Shown here: positions 45,605 to 59,945 of the stretch, piece after piece | Layout of the letters: every line of letters starts with the position of its first letter | Position numbering within the stretch: the first letter of the stretch is position 1 | Assembly (NCBI RefSeq): GCF_009914755.1 | Contig: NC_060925.1 | Length of the DNA: 64,000 nucleotides | From: the human T2T-CHM13v2.0 reference genome, Homo sapiens | Strand: one strand, 5' to 3' | The notes under the pieces: model-generated | Told to the model about the DNA's origin: nothing | Database searches by the model: none | Seen by the model: only the letters and a program-made list of their open reading frames with translations | Position numbers and translations under genes: made by a program

Positions 45605-47074
45605 TCATTTAGTCACCTGATCATTAACGACATTCATTTATATGACAACCAGCCTTGAGGCACACTTGAAACAATCATTTGGTTGTCTGTGGTAGCCCAG
45701 ACTGAAATGTCAGCTGTTGGAGGGGAAGGGAGCAGCAGGGCACAGTAGTTACTAGTAACTCGTGTAGCTCCTTCCTCCCCTGACTTTTTAAGTTCTTTGA
45801 TGGTCTTAGGAATTAAGATTTTTTTTACCTGGCCTAACAAAACATACAACTCTAGTACACTGAAAATCATATGTGATTTAGCAAAGAAATACAAACGAGG
45901 GAATCAGCAGGGGAAATAGGAACCAGCCTCAGTGGGGTTCTTACTTTGTGCTAAGTATTCTCATGAATCCATGACACCATGGACTGTTCACAATAACTTT
46001 GCCTTAATCGTCACCGTAACTTTGTCGAGCTAGGTATTACTATACCTACTGTAAGGCATGAGGAAATGGTGCTCTCACAGTCAATAGCATATAGCAGAAC
46101 TGAGATTCATTCACCTTTTTCTTTTCCTTAATACCACTATTTCCCTTGACCTTAATACAGTGCTACAGAAGAAAAATAATTTGGAAGTAGAAAGTTTTTC
46201 TGCCAACATGAGATTATCACCTGCGAAAGGAAACTTAAGAGTTTCTTTTTTCCTAGCCTAGCACAATACAATTTTGAAGTAGCTTCATGCTTTGTGCTTC
46301 TCTCTAGAGCAATGGGGAAAGAGGCTGGTCAGGGAGTAATTGTTGTCTCTGTCTTCCTACCGGTCGGTGTATTTCTGGCTTGTTCCCGCCCACCCCACCC
46401 CCATCCCCGATCTGAGACGTTGTTTTCACCATCTGGAAACTGTCACAACTTGAGTGATGAGTCAATGACATAGCACACTCTTTGATTTTCTGATTCAAGA
46501 CAGAGTTGTTGTTTTAATATTTACCCTCTAGGCAGGGTATGTGAAGGATGTTTACAGTTACAGTAGGTTTCATTTTATTGGAAGATACCTCATTTACTTG
46601 AAGGTCTTTGGGGATTCTGAACTTCTCATAAAAGGAGAAGCTATTTTTACCTGGTAGTCAGAGAAAATGAGCAAGTTTGTGTTTGGATCAATGTACCATT
46701 ATATAAACTCAAATTTATCTTCCATTTTACCTATTTCATATAAATATGTATGTTTATATAATATACACATATATTTTAACCTATTTAATAATAGGACATA
46801 ATATATATGAAAACATATTTCATATATATCCATTTTTTTAAATCCTTATAATTATCATATGAGTATTTTACTATTTGGAGAATGTTATAGCTTCATAAAT
46901 TTTGATCCATGTTGAAAATTTCTACAAAGGGGCGCCATAGATATCTTTTGCAGTTAGGAAGCAGAAACCTACTTAATCCCTATGTAGCCATTCATTCAGT
47001 TATCTTCCAGTTCAATCCATAATTTTATCTATGCCAGAATATTCCAAATTTTAATGCAGCAGCTAACATAGCTA

Positions 47075-47525
47075 CTATAGGGGTAGAAAAACTCCGCTCC
47101 ATCCTCCTAGGGTCTTGGTTGAGTCTGAGGATTAAATTGACATTAGATTAACAGGAAAAAAATAATACAAATTTACTCAACAAATATTATGGGACATGGG
47201 AGACATGAAAAAATGAAGACCCAAAGAAGTAGAGTCAGTTACTTAAATATTGGATTGAGCAAAGAATAGTAACCTATAAAAATGTGACTAAATTATGTGG
47301 GGATGCCAAAGTCTGTACAAAATTCTCTTGGTCTCAATTTCTCATCCTTGAAGATAAAGATGTTGTTGACTTTCTAGTACAGGGAGTGTCTTTCATATGG
47401 GAGTTTCACCTTCTGATTTTAAGAAACAGCAGGGAAGTCAAAGTGATCTTCTTGCCCCTGCTGTTTTTCAAGTGCCTTTAACTCAAATAGTCAATATGTC
47501 AGAAGAGTATATTTTAACACCTTTA
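47075..47525 (-). mobile_element. MER34/MER39-like solo LTR in intron 1
   Basis: Shares blocks with 14995-15345 and 24335-24455 (AAATTGAC..AGATTAACAGG; GACCCAAAGAA; TCAAGTGCCTTTAACTCAAA). Confidence 0.55.
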
Positions 47526-47839
47526 CTAATATAACAAAAAATCCAACCACAATGTAGTAGAATAAGATTTAATGTAAGTAGTTTTAATGTAGTTGCATTA
47601 AACTAAACTAGAAGTAAAATAGATGAACATACACACACAATTTAAGTTTTATCCAGGACAGCACATGCCTACTATGTGCCACAAATTGTGGCCTCTGCCC
47701 CTGAGGAGCTTGCAAGGTAATGGAGGAGATAGACAGGTATCTAAATAAATTAGTTCTCTTTAATTATGGTACGTGCTAAGATAGGAAGATGCCAGGGTGC
47801 TCTGAGGATACTGGCAGGAGGGTTCACTCTGACCTGAAG

Positions 47840-47979
47840 ACATAAGTAAGGCTTCCTGAAATCTGAACACTTCTTTCCATTGCCACTACAACACCTGAGG
47901 ACCACGTCATCATCATTTTACCTGTGCCTCTGCAGTCATTTCCTAACTGGTCTGCCTGCATCCACCCTAGTCCCCAGAG

Positions 47980-48017
<38 letters not shown>

Positions 48018-50500
48018 ATGTCACTCGTAGCTCGTTACACCCTCAATTAAAACTCAATTAAAATAAGTAAAATTCCTAATTAAACACCAGTGGTTTCCCA
48101 TACATTTGAGAGTAAAATCTAGGCTCCCTTTTTTCGCAAACAAGTCCATAGTAAATCTGGCTCCTGATGTCTTCTCTAATTTCATCACATACCATTCTCC
48201 CTGCAGTCACTTTCTCCAACAGCCCTGACCTTATTTCTGTACCTCTCCCTTGGCAAGCTCGTTCCTCTGCCTCCAGGCTGTGCATTCACCATTCCTCTGT
48301 GAGGAAAAGTGTTCCCACAACTTCAGTTGGCCAGCACCAATTTTAGCCCAAGCTTCGCCTCCTGCAAACGCCTTTGTTGACAAGTTTCTATCCTCCCCAG
48401 GGTCCCTCCTCTTTTATGTCCTTCTTTTATTATTACCTGAACTCACCAGTTTGTTGCTTATATTTTTGTTTTTTGCCTGTCTACTCCAGGATGTTGTTTC
48501 CATGAGAGCTAAAATCCCTTCTGTCTTGTTCTTTACCGTATCCCAAGGACTTGGCACTTAGCAGCTGCTTAATACATATTTATTGAATGAATAACTGAAT
48601 GAAAGGTGTCTGAACTGAGTTTAGATGGATGAATAAGACTCACCCAGTCTAAAAATAGTGGGAAAGTAAAGAGAATAGCATGAAGGGAAGACACAGAGGC
48701 ATGAATAGGCATGGGACGGGCAGGAGTATAAGCAGCTCAGTGTCATTAGATGGTAGTGTCAGCAGAGAGTGGTGGATGTGGCTGGTGATAAAGACAGAAA
48801 TTAGCTCACAGAGGCCATTGTATTCCATGACCTTGGACTTTTTGGTTTAGAGACAGGGAGACCTGCAGATTTTGGCTTAAATCTGTGCTTCTCAAACATT
48901 TTAACAGTGACTCACAAGAAACACATTTTATGTATCTGAACTGAGATCCATCCCCAGCTTTTAGAAGCTGTCACATTCATTGGCTCGTGGCTCCTTCCAC
49001 CACTTCAGAGCCAGCAGCAGCAGAGCGAGTCCTTGGTACCTCATATCTCTCTGACCCACTCTCCTGCCTTTCTTGTACACTTTTAAGGGCTCCTGTGACT
49101 ATATTGGGCCCACTTGGTTAATCCAGAATAATCTTCCCATCTCAAGGTCCTTAACTTTAATCACGTCTCCAAAGTGTCTTTGCCATGTAGGGTAACCTGT
49201 TCACAGATTCTGGGAATTAGGGCATGGACATCTTTGGTGGGCCATTTTCCTGTCTACCACAGGGATGTTTATAGGGAGTTTTCTAAAGATCATATTCCTT
49301 TCCCTCCTTCGCATCTTTCTTTCAATAGACATTTGTTGAGTACTTACTGTTTCCCAGTGTTAAGTGCTGGTATTCAACAGTGAGCAAGGTAGTCAATGTT
49401 CCTGCTCTTATGGGGCTTATATTCTAGTATAGAAGACAGATGACAAACAAGTAATTAAGTAAAGGAATAAGGCAGTTACAGATTGTGCCATGAAGACAGT
49501 AATAAGGTGATGAGTAAAAAATCAACTGGGGAAGACCACATTGGTCAGGGAGGGCGTCGGAGGGATAGAGACAGTGGTCAGGGAGGGGCTGTCTGGGGAA
49601 GTAACACATGAACTGAAATCTAAAGGGTGTAAATATGTCAGCCACACGAAGACGCAAGGGAAGAGGATTCTAGCAGAGGACATGGAAAATGCAAAGTCCT
49701 CTAGGCAGCAAAGGGCATTGTTCAAGGAACAGTCTGAAGGCCAGTGTGAATGGAGCAGAGTGAACCAGGCAAAAATGTAAGCGATGATGGCAAGATGGGA
49801 AGAAGTGAGGCCATGCAGTGGCTGAGAGATTGTGTGTGGTATGGGCTGTGGATATTTTTCTAACAGCAGTAGGGACCCGTTGAAGGGTTTCCAATAGTGG
49901 TGGTGTGCAGGGGGTAACATGATCTGATTTATGTTTTTCAAAGATAGTTGGCTCTGTGAAAATGGCTTAGAAAGGGCAAGGATGGTTTGGAAAGACATGT
50001 TGACGGCTAGAATAGACTAGGGGAGAGATGACAGTGGTTTGGACTAGGGTGAGGGGACAGTTGGAATGGAGAGAAGTGCATTGATCTGTAACATATTTTG
50101 GAGGTAAAGTTGATGGGACTAGAGATGGTTTAGCTGTAGGAGATGAGAAAAAGGTTAGAATCAAAGATGACTTCTAGGTGTTTTTAGCCACCTGGGGTAA
50201 GAATATCATTCGCTGAGATAGAAAAGGCTGAAGGAAGAATGAATTTGGAGAAAGGGTGCCAAGAATTTAAACTGAACACCTTAATATTGAGAATCTGTTA
50301 GACATCTAAGAGGTAATGCCAAGGAGACAGATGGATGAGACTGGAGCTCAGGGGGATGTGTGAGTTGATCTACTCTGAAATCTTTAGCTAGCAGATGACA
50401 TCTAGAGCTAGGGGACCAGGTGAAATCCCCTACAGAGAAAGTAGAAATGGAAAAAAAAAAAATACCTTGAGTGAGCTAAGGTCCTCCAAGAGTTAAAAAT
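47840..50500. mobile_element. L2 remnants (+ ~47840-48600; - ~49310-50500) and an MLT1C-like fragment (~48940-49260)
   Basis: L2 3' termini TTAATACATATTTATTGAATGAAT and TTCAATAGACATTTGTTGAGTACTTACT; (GT)n at 47982-48015. Confidence 0.65.
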
Positions 50501-51289
50501 CAAGAGGAAAACAAAGAGTAGCCAGCAAAGACTTATGCTAACATTATTTAGGGTTTTCCTGAATGATGGCTAGGCTAGAGGTAGAGGAAACAAAGGGCGC
50601 TTTCCTAGAACCCCACAGGGACAGGAGTGCTTTGTCTCTAGCACTTAGTGTGCCTAGCACATGAAAGGCAGCCATCCATATTGAATGAATAAGTGAAATT
50701 TTCTGAAGCTCTTCAATATTTTCTGGCATATGTCTAGGTATGGGGTTAAGAGGTAAACTTTTGCTTTGCACTGACTACTTTTTAGTGGCCTGACATCACA
50801 GAACTTCCCAGCCTACTTTATGAATTTTTGGCCTATCTTTAATAGAATTTAAAGAATTTGTTACTGACCAGTAGAGCCATTCCTTGGGTTTGAATTTGAA
50901 ACAGATCAGAAATTGCCAGCTTATGTTTTCTGACCTATTCAAGATAAAATCATTCTGTAAAATAAGTAATTAAAAAACAAATAAGTAAACAAGCTTCTCT
51001 ACAAAACCCAAACAACCCTTGGAATTCCTTTTTTACTGCCAAAGAGATCAATCTTTTACTAAGTTCCAGATGGGTTATGAGCCATTTTTCGATCTACTGA
51101 TTCCAGAATCACTTGACTGGATCAGAAACTCTCACTGGTCAAACTACTCTGTATGGTATGATGATGAAGCCTTGTTTAGAAGGAAAAGAAAAAGAAAAGT
51201 GTTGTGTGGGACTAAGTCTCAGACAGGTTAAGCAACTTGCACATGGTCTCAAGTATTTAAACCCAGTTCTAAAGGACCCCAAAGCCTAT

Positions 51290-51659
51290 TGCTGTGGTCT
51301 GAATGTTTATGTCCCCCTCAAATTTATATGTTAAAATCCTAACTCTCAAGGTGATGATATTAGGAGATGGGGTCTTTGGGAGGTGATTGGGTCATGAAGG
51401 TAGAATTTTTACGAATGGAACTAGTGACCTTATAAAAGAGATCCCAGAGAGCTCCGTTGTCCCTTCCACCATGTGAGGTCGCAGCAAGAAGGCCCCATCT
51501 ATGAACCGTCTATGAAGTGGACCCTCACCAGACCCTGAATCTGCTGACCTCTTGATCTTGAACTTGCCAGTCCCCAGAACTGTGAGAAACAAATTTCTGA
51601 TGTTTATTACCTACCCAGGTCATGGTATTTTGTTACAGCAGCCCAAATGAACTAAGACA
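51290..51659 (+). mobile_element. MLT1A/MST-type solo LTR ~235 bp upstream of the ATG-bearing exon
   Basis: TGCTGTGGTCTGAATGTTTATGTCCCCCTCAAATTTATATGTT...GAACTAAGACA. Confidence 0.82.
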
Positions 51660-51930
51660 TCCAAATTCCTTCTCTAATCCTTTGCTGACCCCAAGAAGTC
51701 TCACTGAGATGGGATTTGGAAGGTGGCTAAGATATTCGATTTACTAGTTTTAAAGGTACATGTCATTTTTTAAAATAACAAGATCTCAACAAGGTGGAGA
51801 AAAATAAAGCGGCACTTGAAGCTCTTCTGAGCTATTTTGGCTCTGGTATTTTCTGAACATATTTAACATGAATGAATTTGTCTTCTTTTGCAAGGAAGAA
51901 TACGGAGTTCTATACCAGAGTTGATTGTTG

Positions 51931-52006
51931 ATGGCACATACTTTTAGAGGATGCTCATTGGCATTTATGTTTATAATCACGTGGCTGTTGATTAAAGCAA
52001 AAATAG
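51931..52006 (+). CDS. IL12RB2: IL12RB2 coding exon 1 (signal peptide; exon begins 51895 with 36 nt UTR)
   Basis: Acceptor ttttgcaag|GAAG at 51894/5; ATG at 51931; MAHTFRGCSLAFMFIITWLLIKAKI+G; donor GTAAGA at 52007; 76 nt, phase 1. Confidence 0.96.
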
Positions 52007-52284
52007 GTAAGATATTTCTGTAAGTTACTCTGTGGAAGAATTTGTGGTTTAAATTCTCAGTTACAGATGAAGTATGTATTTGTGGTAAATGTTCTGGTAG
52101 TTGGTCTTTTGTAGTCAATCTCTGTCATTTAAGTGGATAAGTCTGGTTCTGTCTATAACTAATAGTTATTTTATTTAATTTGCACTAATGATTAATATAA
52201 GGGTCCAATTATTTTATTTCTTCCTAAGAAAGTGGCTTGGTAACCCAGCTAGGCATCACAAATACATGTTTTACATTTCAGCAC

Positions 52285-52590
52285 ATTTTTCTTTTTTTTC
52301 TTTTCTTTTTTTTATTATACTTTAAGTTCTGGGATACATGTGCAGAATGTGCAGGTTCGTTACATAGGTATACATTGTGCCATGGTGGTTTGCTGCACCC
52401 ATCAACCCGTCAACTACATTAGGTATTTCTCCTAATGCTATCCCTCCCCCAGCCCCCACCCCATGACAGGCCCTGGTTCGTGATGCCCACCCCCACCCCC
52501 GTGTCCATGTGTTCTCATTGTTCAACTCCCACTTAAGAGTGAGAACATCCGCTGTTTGGTTTTCTGTTCTTGTGTTGGTTTGTTCAGCAC
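52285..52590 (-). mobile_element. L1PA 3' fragment
   Basis: TTATTATACTTTAAGTTCTGGGATACATGTGCAGAATGTGCAGG. Confidence 0.88.
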
Positions 52591-53163
52591 GTTTTTCTTC
52601 CTGCCTCCCGCCGTCCACAAGTTTGGTTTGTTTTTTTTTTCTGAGACAGGGTCTGGCTCTGTTGCCCAGGCTGGAGTGTAGTAGCACAATGTTTGCAATA
52701 CTTTTTTAATACTCTTTTAAAACTGTCTTTTTTTTCTTGGTACAAGTATTTAAGTAAAAATTATAAATCATAAATGGTGACGGAAACAAATGTGTTTTTT
52801 TCTGGGAAGGCTTTAGTAGTCTGGTAAATAATTTGCATATAAGAGAGGCTGGTTTTTCCCGGAACTGTGTTCCTGAATGTTCTTCCAATCCTGCTTTCTA
52901 ACCACTTTCCTGGTTATAGTTCTGATTATAGTATTACTGTTATGAGACGGATGCATATTTTCATTCAAATACAGTTAGACTTCAATATGTTTACCTTCTG
53001 TTTTCATTGTACATCACCATTATAACCAGAGACATGTAGGTTAATTATATTTGCATGATCTGATGGAGTTAATTTTACCCTGTTTTGGGGAATTACATAA
53101 ACTCTTCATTTTGAAATGGGTTTATTATCACCAACTAAATATTGCATCTGTATCTTATTGCAG

Positions 53164-53451
53164 ATGCGTGCAAGAGAGGCGATGTGACTGTGAAGCCTTC
53201 CCATGTAATTTTACTTGGATCCACTGTCAATATTACATGCTCTTTGAAGCCCAGACAAGGCTGCTTTCACTATTCCAGACGTAACAAGTTAATCCTGTAC
53301 AAGTTTGACAGAAGAATCAATTTTCACCATGGCCACTCCCTCAATTCTCAAGTCACAGGTCTTCCCCTTGGTACAACCTTGTTTGTCTGCAAACTGGCCT
53401 GTATCAATAGTGATGAAATTCAAATATGTGGAGCAGAGATCTTCGTTGGTG
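53164..53451 (+). CDS. IL12RB2: IL12RB2 coding exon 2 (Ig-like D1 domain)
   Basis: ttgcag|ATGCG; (D)[28 protein letters not shown]...ICGAEIFVG; donor GTGAGC; 288 nt; matches ORF 53142..53477. Confidence 0.97.
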
Positions 53452-53999
53452 GTGAGCATTCCATTTTGAATTTTTAAAACTTGGTGATCTTTTGGTATTT
53501 TTGATCTTTTGGTATTTGGTGTTAAACAGAAACCCAAATACAGGTTAATGTTCTTTCTTTTCCCACCACATTGAAGTATTTTATCTTGATACCGACCTGA
53601 GAGCTTCAATGTGAGTTCAGAAACTGGAATCTTATTTGGCAAGTCTCTCTCTCTCTCTCTCTCGCCATTAAAACCATTTATCTGTTGTCCTTAACTCCAG
53701 TGGCAGAAAAAATGGATCTCTGCAGGTGGGTCTTTATGCTTTTTTGACTTAGGAGAATATGTTTAAAGCTACAGCCTCCTAAAAAGAAAGAAGAGATGTC
53801 TTTTTAGACTTATGCAGCCCAGGATGACTACACAGAGTTGAACAGCACCTCTCGTCCTATCTAACTTAATGCCTCCCAAAATAGTTCTTCCATCCATGCT
53901 CACCCGGACCACTGGTTCTCATACTTAACAGAAGGTAAAAGAAAACATTGATCATACTTACTATCTTTTCCTCAGTTCTCTAGGAAACTGACTCCAGCA

Positions 54000-54460
54000 A
54001 AAAAAAAAAAAAAAAAATCTGCTAACAATTCATGGGAAGGGGGCATGGGGCAGAGGAGTTACACAGCCCCAGGGAGGCAAGAGGGAAGGAGTGAGCCAGG
54101 AAAGGGACAAAAGCAAATGCCAGGTGGTAACATCACTGGACTGGCCACAGCTTCAACAGAAAATGCAGCTGGTTGTTTATACACTTAGGGACATTCCCAG
54201 AAAGAGCATATAGAAATCTCATGACGAGAGAAAGAAAGAAGAACTTAACTATCTCCCACTGGCCAAAGTCCACCTGACGGGGGCTCAGTTTCCCACACTG
54301 CTGGCTTGCATTGCTGGTCCCTTCAGGCAGCTGCTGGGGGATTAGAACTAAAGTGTCAGAGTTGACATCTGCAGCATGAGCCACAGTGCACAGGATGAAC
54401 CAGCAGCCAGCAGCACACCTACCTGCAGTTCGCAACCTGTGGCCCATAGCCTTGCAGGTC
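54000..54460. mobile_element. Possible old ERVL LTR (LTR33/LTR16-like)
   Basis: Loose resemblance only. Confidence 0.3.
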
Positions 54461-55649
54461 CAACCAGGCAATCCTATAAGCAAGCATGGGCCCTGAGGGA
54501 TTCCATGGCACCCTGTGCCTCAGTGGTTCCAAGGAAGCTTTGGCGTGGCAGACAAGAGTCATGAAGAGACTAGGAAGAATTGCTCTAGCAGGCTGGCTGA
54601 CCAAGCCTCATAGACATCATCTCTGTCATAAAGGCAGTGATATAGAGCTCAATGAGACTCTGTCCAGGAAAGATGGAAACCTCCTCTCTGTGACCTATAA
54701 GGATATATATATATAGTTGGTGCCAGGTGATTTTCCTGGAGGGCCACCAGAAGCACGGAGCAGAAGACCAAGCAAATGGCCAAGCAGATCATTGGTAGGA
54801 AGGAGGTATAAACTAGGCCAAGTACTCACCTTCCAGCTCAGGGCCTCCTGTTCACACCACTGTGAGTCATATACTCTCAGCATTGACAGCCTGCGGTATA
54901 GTAGAAGTAGCATGGGCTTTGAATCTCAACTCTGCCAGTGGCAGTGTACTTTAGACAACTTAAATTATCTGAGCCTCAGTTTCTCCATCTGTATTACGAA
55001 GATAATAACATCTACCTCATGAAATGGTCATAGTAATTAGAAGACCTCTTATATGCAAAGTGCTTAATCCCATACAAGGCACATGGGAGGCATTCAGGTG
55101 ACGGCTTTAGGCTTCTCAACAGCAACCTGGAATGTGGGAGGCAACAAGAGTCCTGACTACAAACTCTTTTCAACTTAGAATTCTATACTCAAAGTATCAG
55201 TCAAACGTGAGGGTAGAATAAAGACATTTTAAACTATGCTCAAAATATTTCCTCGCATGCACCCTTTCCCAGGGAACTACTGGAGGCTATGCTCCACCAA
55301 CCCAAGTAATTAGACAAGAAGGAATAAAACATTAAATCTAAGAAACAAGACAGCCAAAGGAAAAACAGAAGGAACTTAGGAGACATTGAGGATGAGCAGT
55401 CCCAGAATGACAGCTGGGTACCAGGCATGGAGACAACCTGTCTTATATTGGAAAATTCACAAGGCTCCAAGAGAGATCCTCAAGCAGATGAAATGGATAG
55501 AAGTCCCAATACATTGCAGTATATTGAACAGTGATTCAGATAATTGGCTTGCAAGTTTGAAATTTTATTAACAAGAAAACTAAACAAATGGAAAAACAAG
55601 ATAATTACTAATTCTAAGAGTAAAAGTTGTACAGAAAATGAAAAGTTAA

Positions 55650-56211
<562 letters not shown>

Positions 56212-56814
56212 CAGGACTCTAACTTTTAAGTATGAACTTGTAAGTTAAAACGACTCTCAGACCACCTGTGTGGAGTCTCTGAGAAAAGAGTAAACTATTT
56301 TAATAGTCCAGGGAGAAGTGATCAAGTCCTTATCTAGGACAGTGGCAATGGGAACCAAACATGGGAACAGACAGCTTAAACCTGGTGGAAGTAGGATCCA
56401 CTGAATTTGATGACTAACTGGATGTAGAAAATGAAGAAGAAATGTTGAGAAAGACTCTGATGTTTCCAGTCTATATGTCTTAGAGGAAGCTGATGCCCCA
56501 GGCAGCTTCATAAAATGGAACAAGAATAGATGTTGAATCAGAGAGAACTAGCTCAAACTCAGCTCTACCACTTACTAGCTCTGTGACCTTCAACATGTTA
56601 CCTAACATCTCTGAGCCTCAGCTTCTTCATCCATTATATGAGGTTAATCTGAATGCATCCCTCTTGAGTCATTTATACAGATCAAATGGGGTCATGCACC
56701 TAGTGTGCTTAGCACAGAGTGTGGCACATAGTAAGAGCTCAAAGGTTTGTTGTTGGAATTTATTGGCAACATTCCTTTATTCTACTTCCAGCAAGAGCCT
56801 CCAGTGGTTTTGTG

Positions 56815-57121
56815 TTGTTGTTGTTTTTTTCTTTCTTTTTTGAGGCAAAGTCTCACTCTGTCACCCAGGCTGGAGTGCACTGGCACAATCTCAGCTCGTC
56901 GCAACCTCTACCTTTTGAGTTCAAGTGATTCTCACGCCTCAGCCTCCTCAGTAGCTGGAATTACAGCATGTGCCACCATACCCAGCTAATTTTTGTATTT
57001 TAAGTAAAGAAGAGGTTTCACCATGTTGGCCAAGCTAGTCTCAAACTCCTAACTTCAAGTGATCTGCCCACCTCAGCCTCCCAAATTGTTGGGATTACAG
57101 GCGTGAGCCACCGCATCCAGC
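56815..57121 (-). mobile_element. AluS-like
   Basis: Full dimer. Confidence 0.9.
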
Positions 57122-58295
57122 GAAAAGAGACTTTTTTAAAGGAAAAGTTTATTATTCTATTAAAACTATATGAGCTAGATATCATTATACCCATTTTATA
57201 GATTCAACTGAAGCTCTGACTTGTCCAAGGTCACACAGTGGGCATTCCTGTGCCTATGTCTATGGTGGATGCTAAGGACAAAAAAGATATTTATTTAATC
57301 AATAACAGATTTTTTCAGTGTAGACAATAGCTAGGACTTCTGTAGTATACTCATTTTATCTAACCTAAAGGAAATATGTATCTACACGTGGGTCTGGGTA
57401 TTAGGGTAAAATGGGATGACTGAATAGCTGAGTATTTCTCTTACCTCCATTTTGTCCAAAAAATTCCTAGTTTGGGTCCTTTCACCATAAAATAGCTTTA
57501 TTTAAAAATACACACCTTACAATAGAAGGGACCATGCTTGCTTTGTACATCTTTGTATTTCCACATCTAGCACTGTGCTTGGCTCGTGGGAGGTACTCAA
57601 TGCCTATGTACACCAAAGAATTAATTTATAAATGTCCATAAAGTGCTCCAAGAGACAATGCAGAAATTAGATTTAGATGGTATAGCCCGGGAGGACATGA
57701 CTGAGGCAACTGGGTGTAAGTGTCTTGACAGCAAATATCAGGTGAAGAAAGCAAATAAGTCTCTCATTTTTAAAGGTTTCTAATATTTGAATGGGCATCA
57801 CTCTAAAAGAAATTAATTTATTATTACCAGGGGTAATGGAGCTAGCACTGGATGTTCACCTGTCAGGGAAAATGGTAGAATATGGAGTAAAAGGCTTGGA
57901 CTTGAGTTACAGCTGAGCTGGAGCCTTGAATCTGCCACTTCATAATTTTATGATCTTGGGCCAGATATTTCACCTCTCTCAGTTTCCTCTCTGAAAAAAA
58001 ATATAATAATAGTATCTACCTCATGGGGTGCTACGCTGTCTAATTCAGAAAAACTGCACATAGCACTGGGCTAGGCATATAGTATTTGATCCATATTCAC
58101 TACTATTATTACTGTTTCTAGGAGAAATTTACACCTTAATGGCAAACTGGGACTTGAATGGAATCTAAAATAGCTTCTAGTTTACCTGGGTTTACGGCAT
58201 GTGGGGGACGTATTGTCATGTTGATGGCAGATAATAACAATTCGGTTGAAATATCACCTGTGTGATATATAAGGTTTTGTCTTTTCTTTTTAAAG

Positions 58296-58410
58296 TTGCT
58301 CCAGAACAGCCTCAAAATTTATCCTGCATACAGAAGGGAGAACAGGGGACTGTGGCCTGCACCTGGGAAAGAGGACGAGACACCCACTTATACACTGAGT
58401 ATACTCTACA
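58296..58410 (+). CDS. IL12RB2: IL12RB2 coding exon 3 (FNIII D2, first half)
   Basis: ttttaaag|TTGCT; (V)[37 protein letters not shown] with the class I cytokine receptor C..C-x-W pattern; donor GTGAGT; 115 nt. Confidence 0.96.
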
Positions 58411-58459
58411 GTGAGTGAGAGGCTGTATTTTTGCAGCTGTTTTGTAGATCTTCTCTTAA

Positions 58460-58819
<360 letters not shown>

Positions 58820-59760
58820 TATCTGTTTTATTTTTACCAGAAAGGAGAAGCAATAGATACTTCTAGACAATTAGATACTTTTTAAAGAGTTTCTATGTTT
58901 ATAGTTAAAACTGGTTCATTCATCTACAGTATGAGAGACCGAATGTCTTGGGTCTGAGTTCTAACTCAGAGTTCTCTTCAGTGCATCCAAGATCCAAGTT
59001 ATAGCTGTTCTTTCCCACTCTAGTAGGGTTAAACTGGCTGCATAAGATCGCTTCTCTTTTCTGCAGCTGTAGGCTCTTGGGGTCATGATACATAAATAAA
59101 CTCTTCCTTGTGGTAGTTTCCCATTCGCTTGGATAAGTTTCTTTTTAAAGCACCATTGGCTGACCTAAGAGTCCATGAGAAGAGAGAGTCTGGGAGATTC
59201 TGTTCCTTGAAGTAGATTTCATGATCCCATTAAAGATCCAGCTGATTTGTGCTATTCCTGAGTGAGGAGGAGATGGAGGAAAGGAGGGGTTCTGTAGTAC
59301 ATTTACTTTTTCTAACCTAAAGGAAACATCTATTGACACGCGGGTCTCAGTATTAGGGTAAAATAGCCCAGGATTCTACTCTGGCCACTGCTGTACTAGG
59401 AACTGACAATTCTGTGCCACAGATGTCAAGGTGGCCACAGTGCTTAGGATAATGTTTGGAACTGCCCTGGGGAGCCAAGATGACAAGCAGGGTTTGGGGA
59501 ATTTCAGCAGCGTAGGCTTGGTTACCTATCTACATGAATGTGGAAGAACATCTCAGTTCTACCAAAAAAGGGAGTTGGGTGAAGTATAGTCTTACATGAC
59601 CATATAGTACAAATATTCCCGGGGTGTATCCCCTAGTCATAAGATTGACCTTTAAAAATTGTCTAGAATTCTAAATATTTAAACATTTTGTTCTTTTCTA
59701 CTGTAAGTAGAAAGTAGCACATAAAACATGTTGCTACACGTGGTTGTGTTTTGTTTACAG

Positions 59761-59945
59761 GCTAAGTGGACCAAAAAATTTAACCTGGCAGAAGCAATGT
59801 AAAGACATTTATTGTGACTATTTGGACTTTGGAATCAACCTCACCCCTGAATCACCTGAATCCAATTTCACAGCCAAGGTTACTGCTGTCAATAGTCTTG
59901 GAAGCTCCTCTTCACTTCCATCCACATTCACATTCTTGGACATAG
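59761..59945 (+). CDS. IL12RB2: IL12RB2 coding exon 4 (FNIII D2, second half)
   Basis: tttacag|GCTA; [24 protein letters not shown]...TFTFLDI; donor GTACAT; 185 nt. Confidence 0.96.

Noticed and set aside
53452-53477. Read-through of coding exon 2 giving a secreted Ig-only isoform
   Set aside because: Good GTGAGC donor and no canonical AATAAA close downstream; nothing beyond a chance stop.
54740-54757. CTCF-like GGCCACCAGAAGCAC
   Set aside because: Lacks the GGGGGC core; too weak to call.
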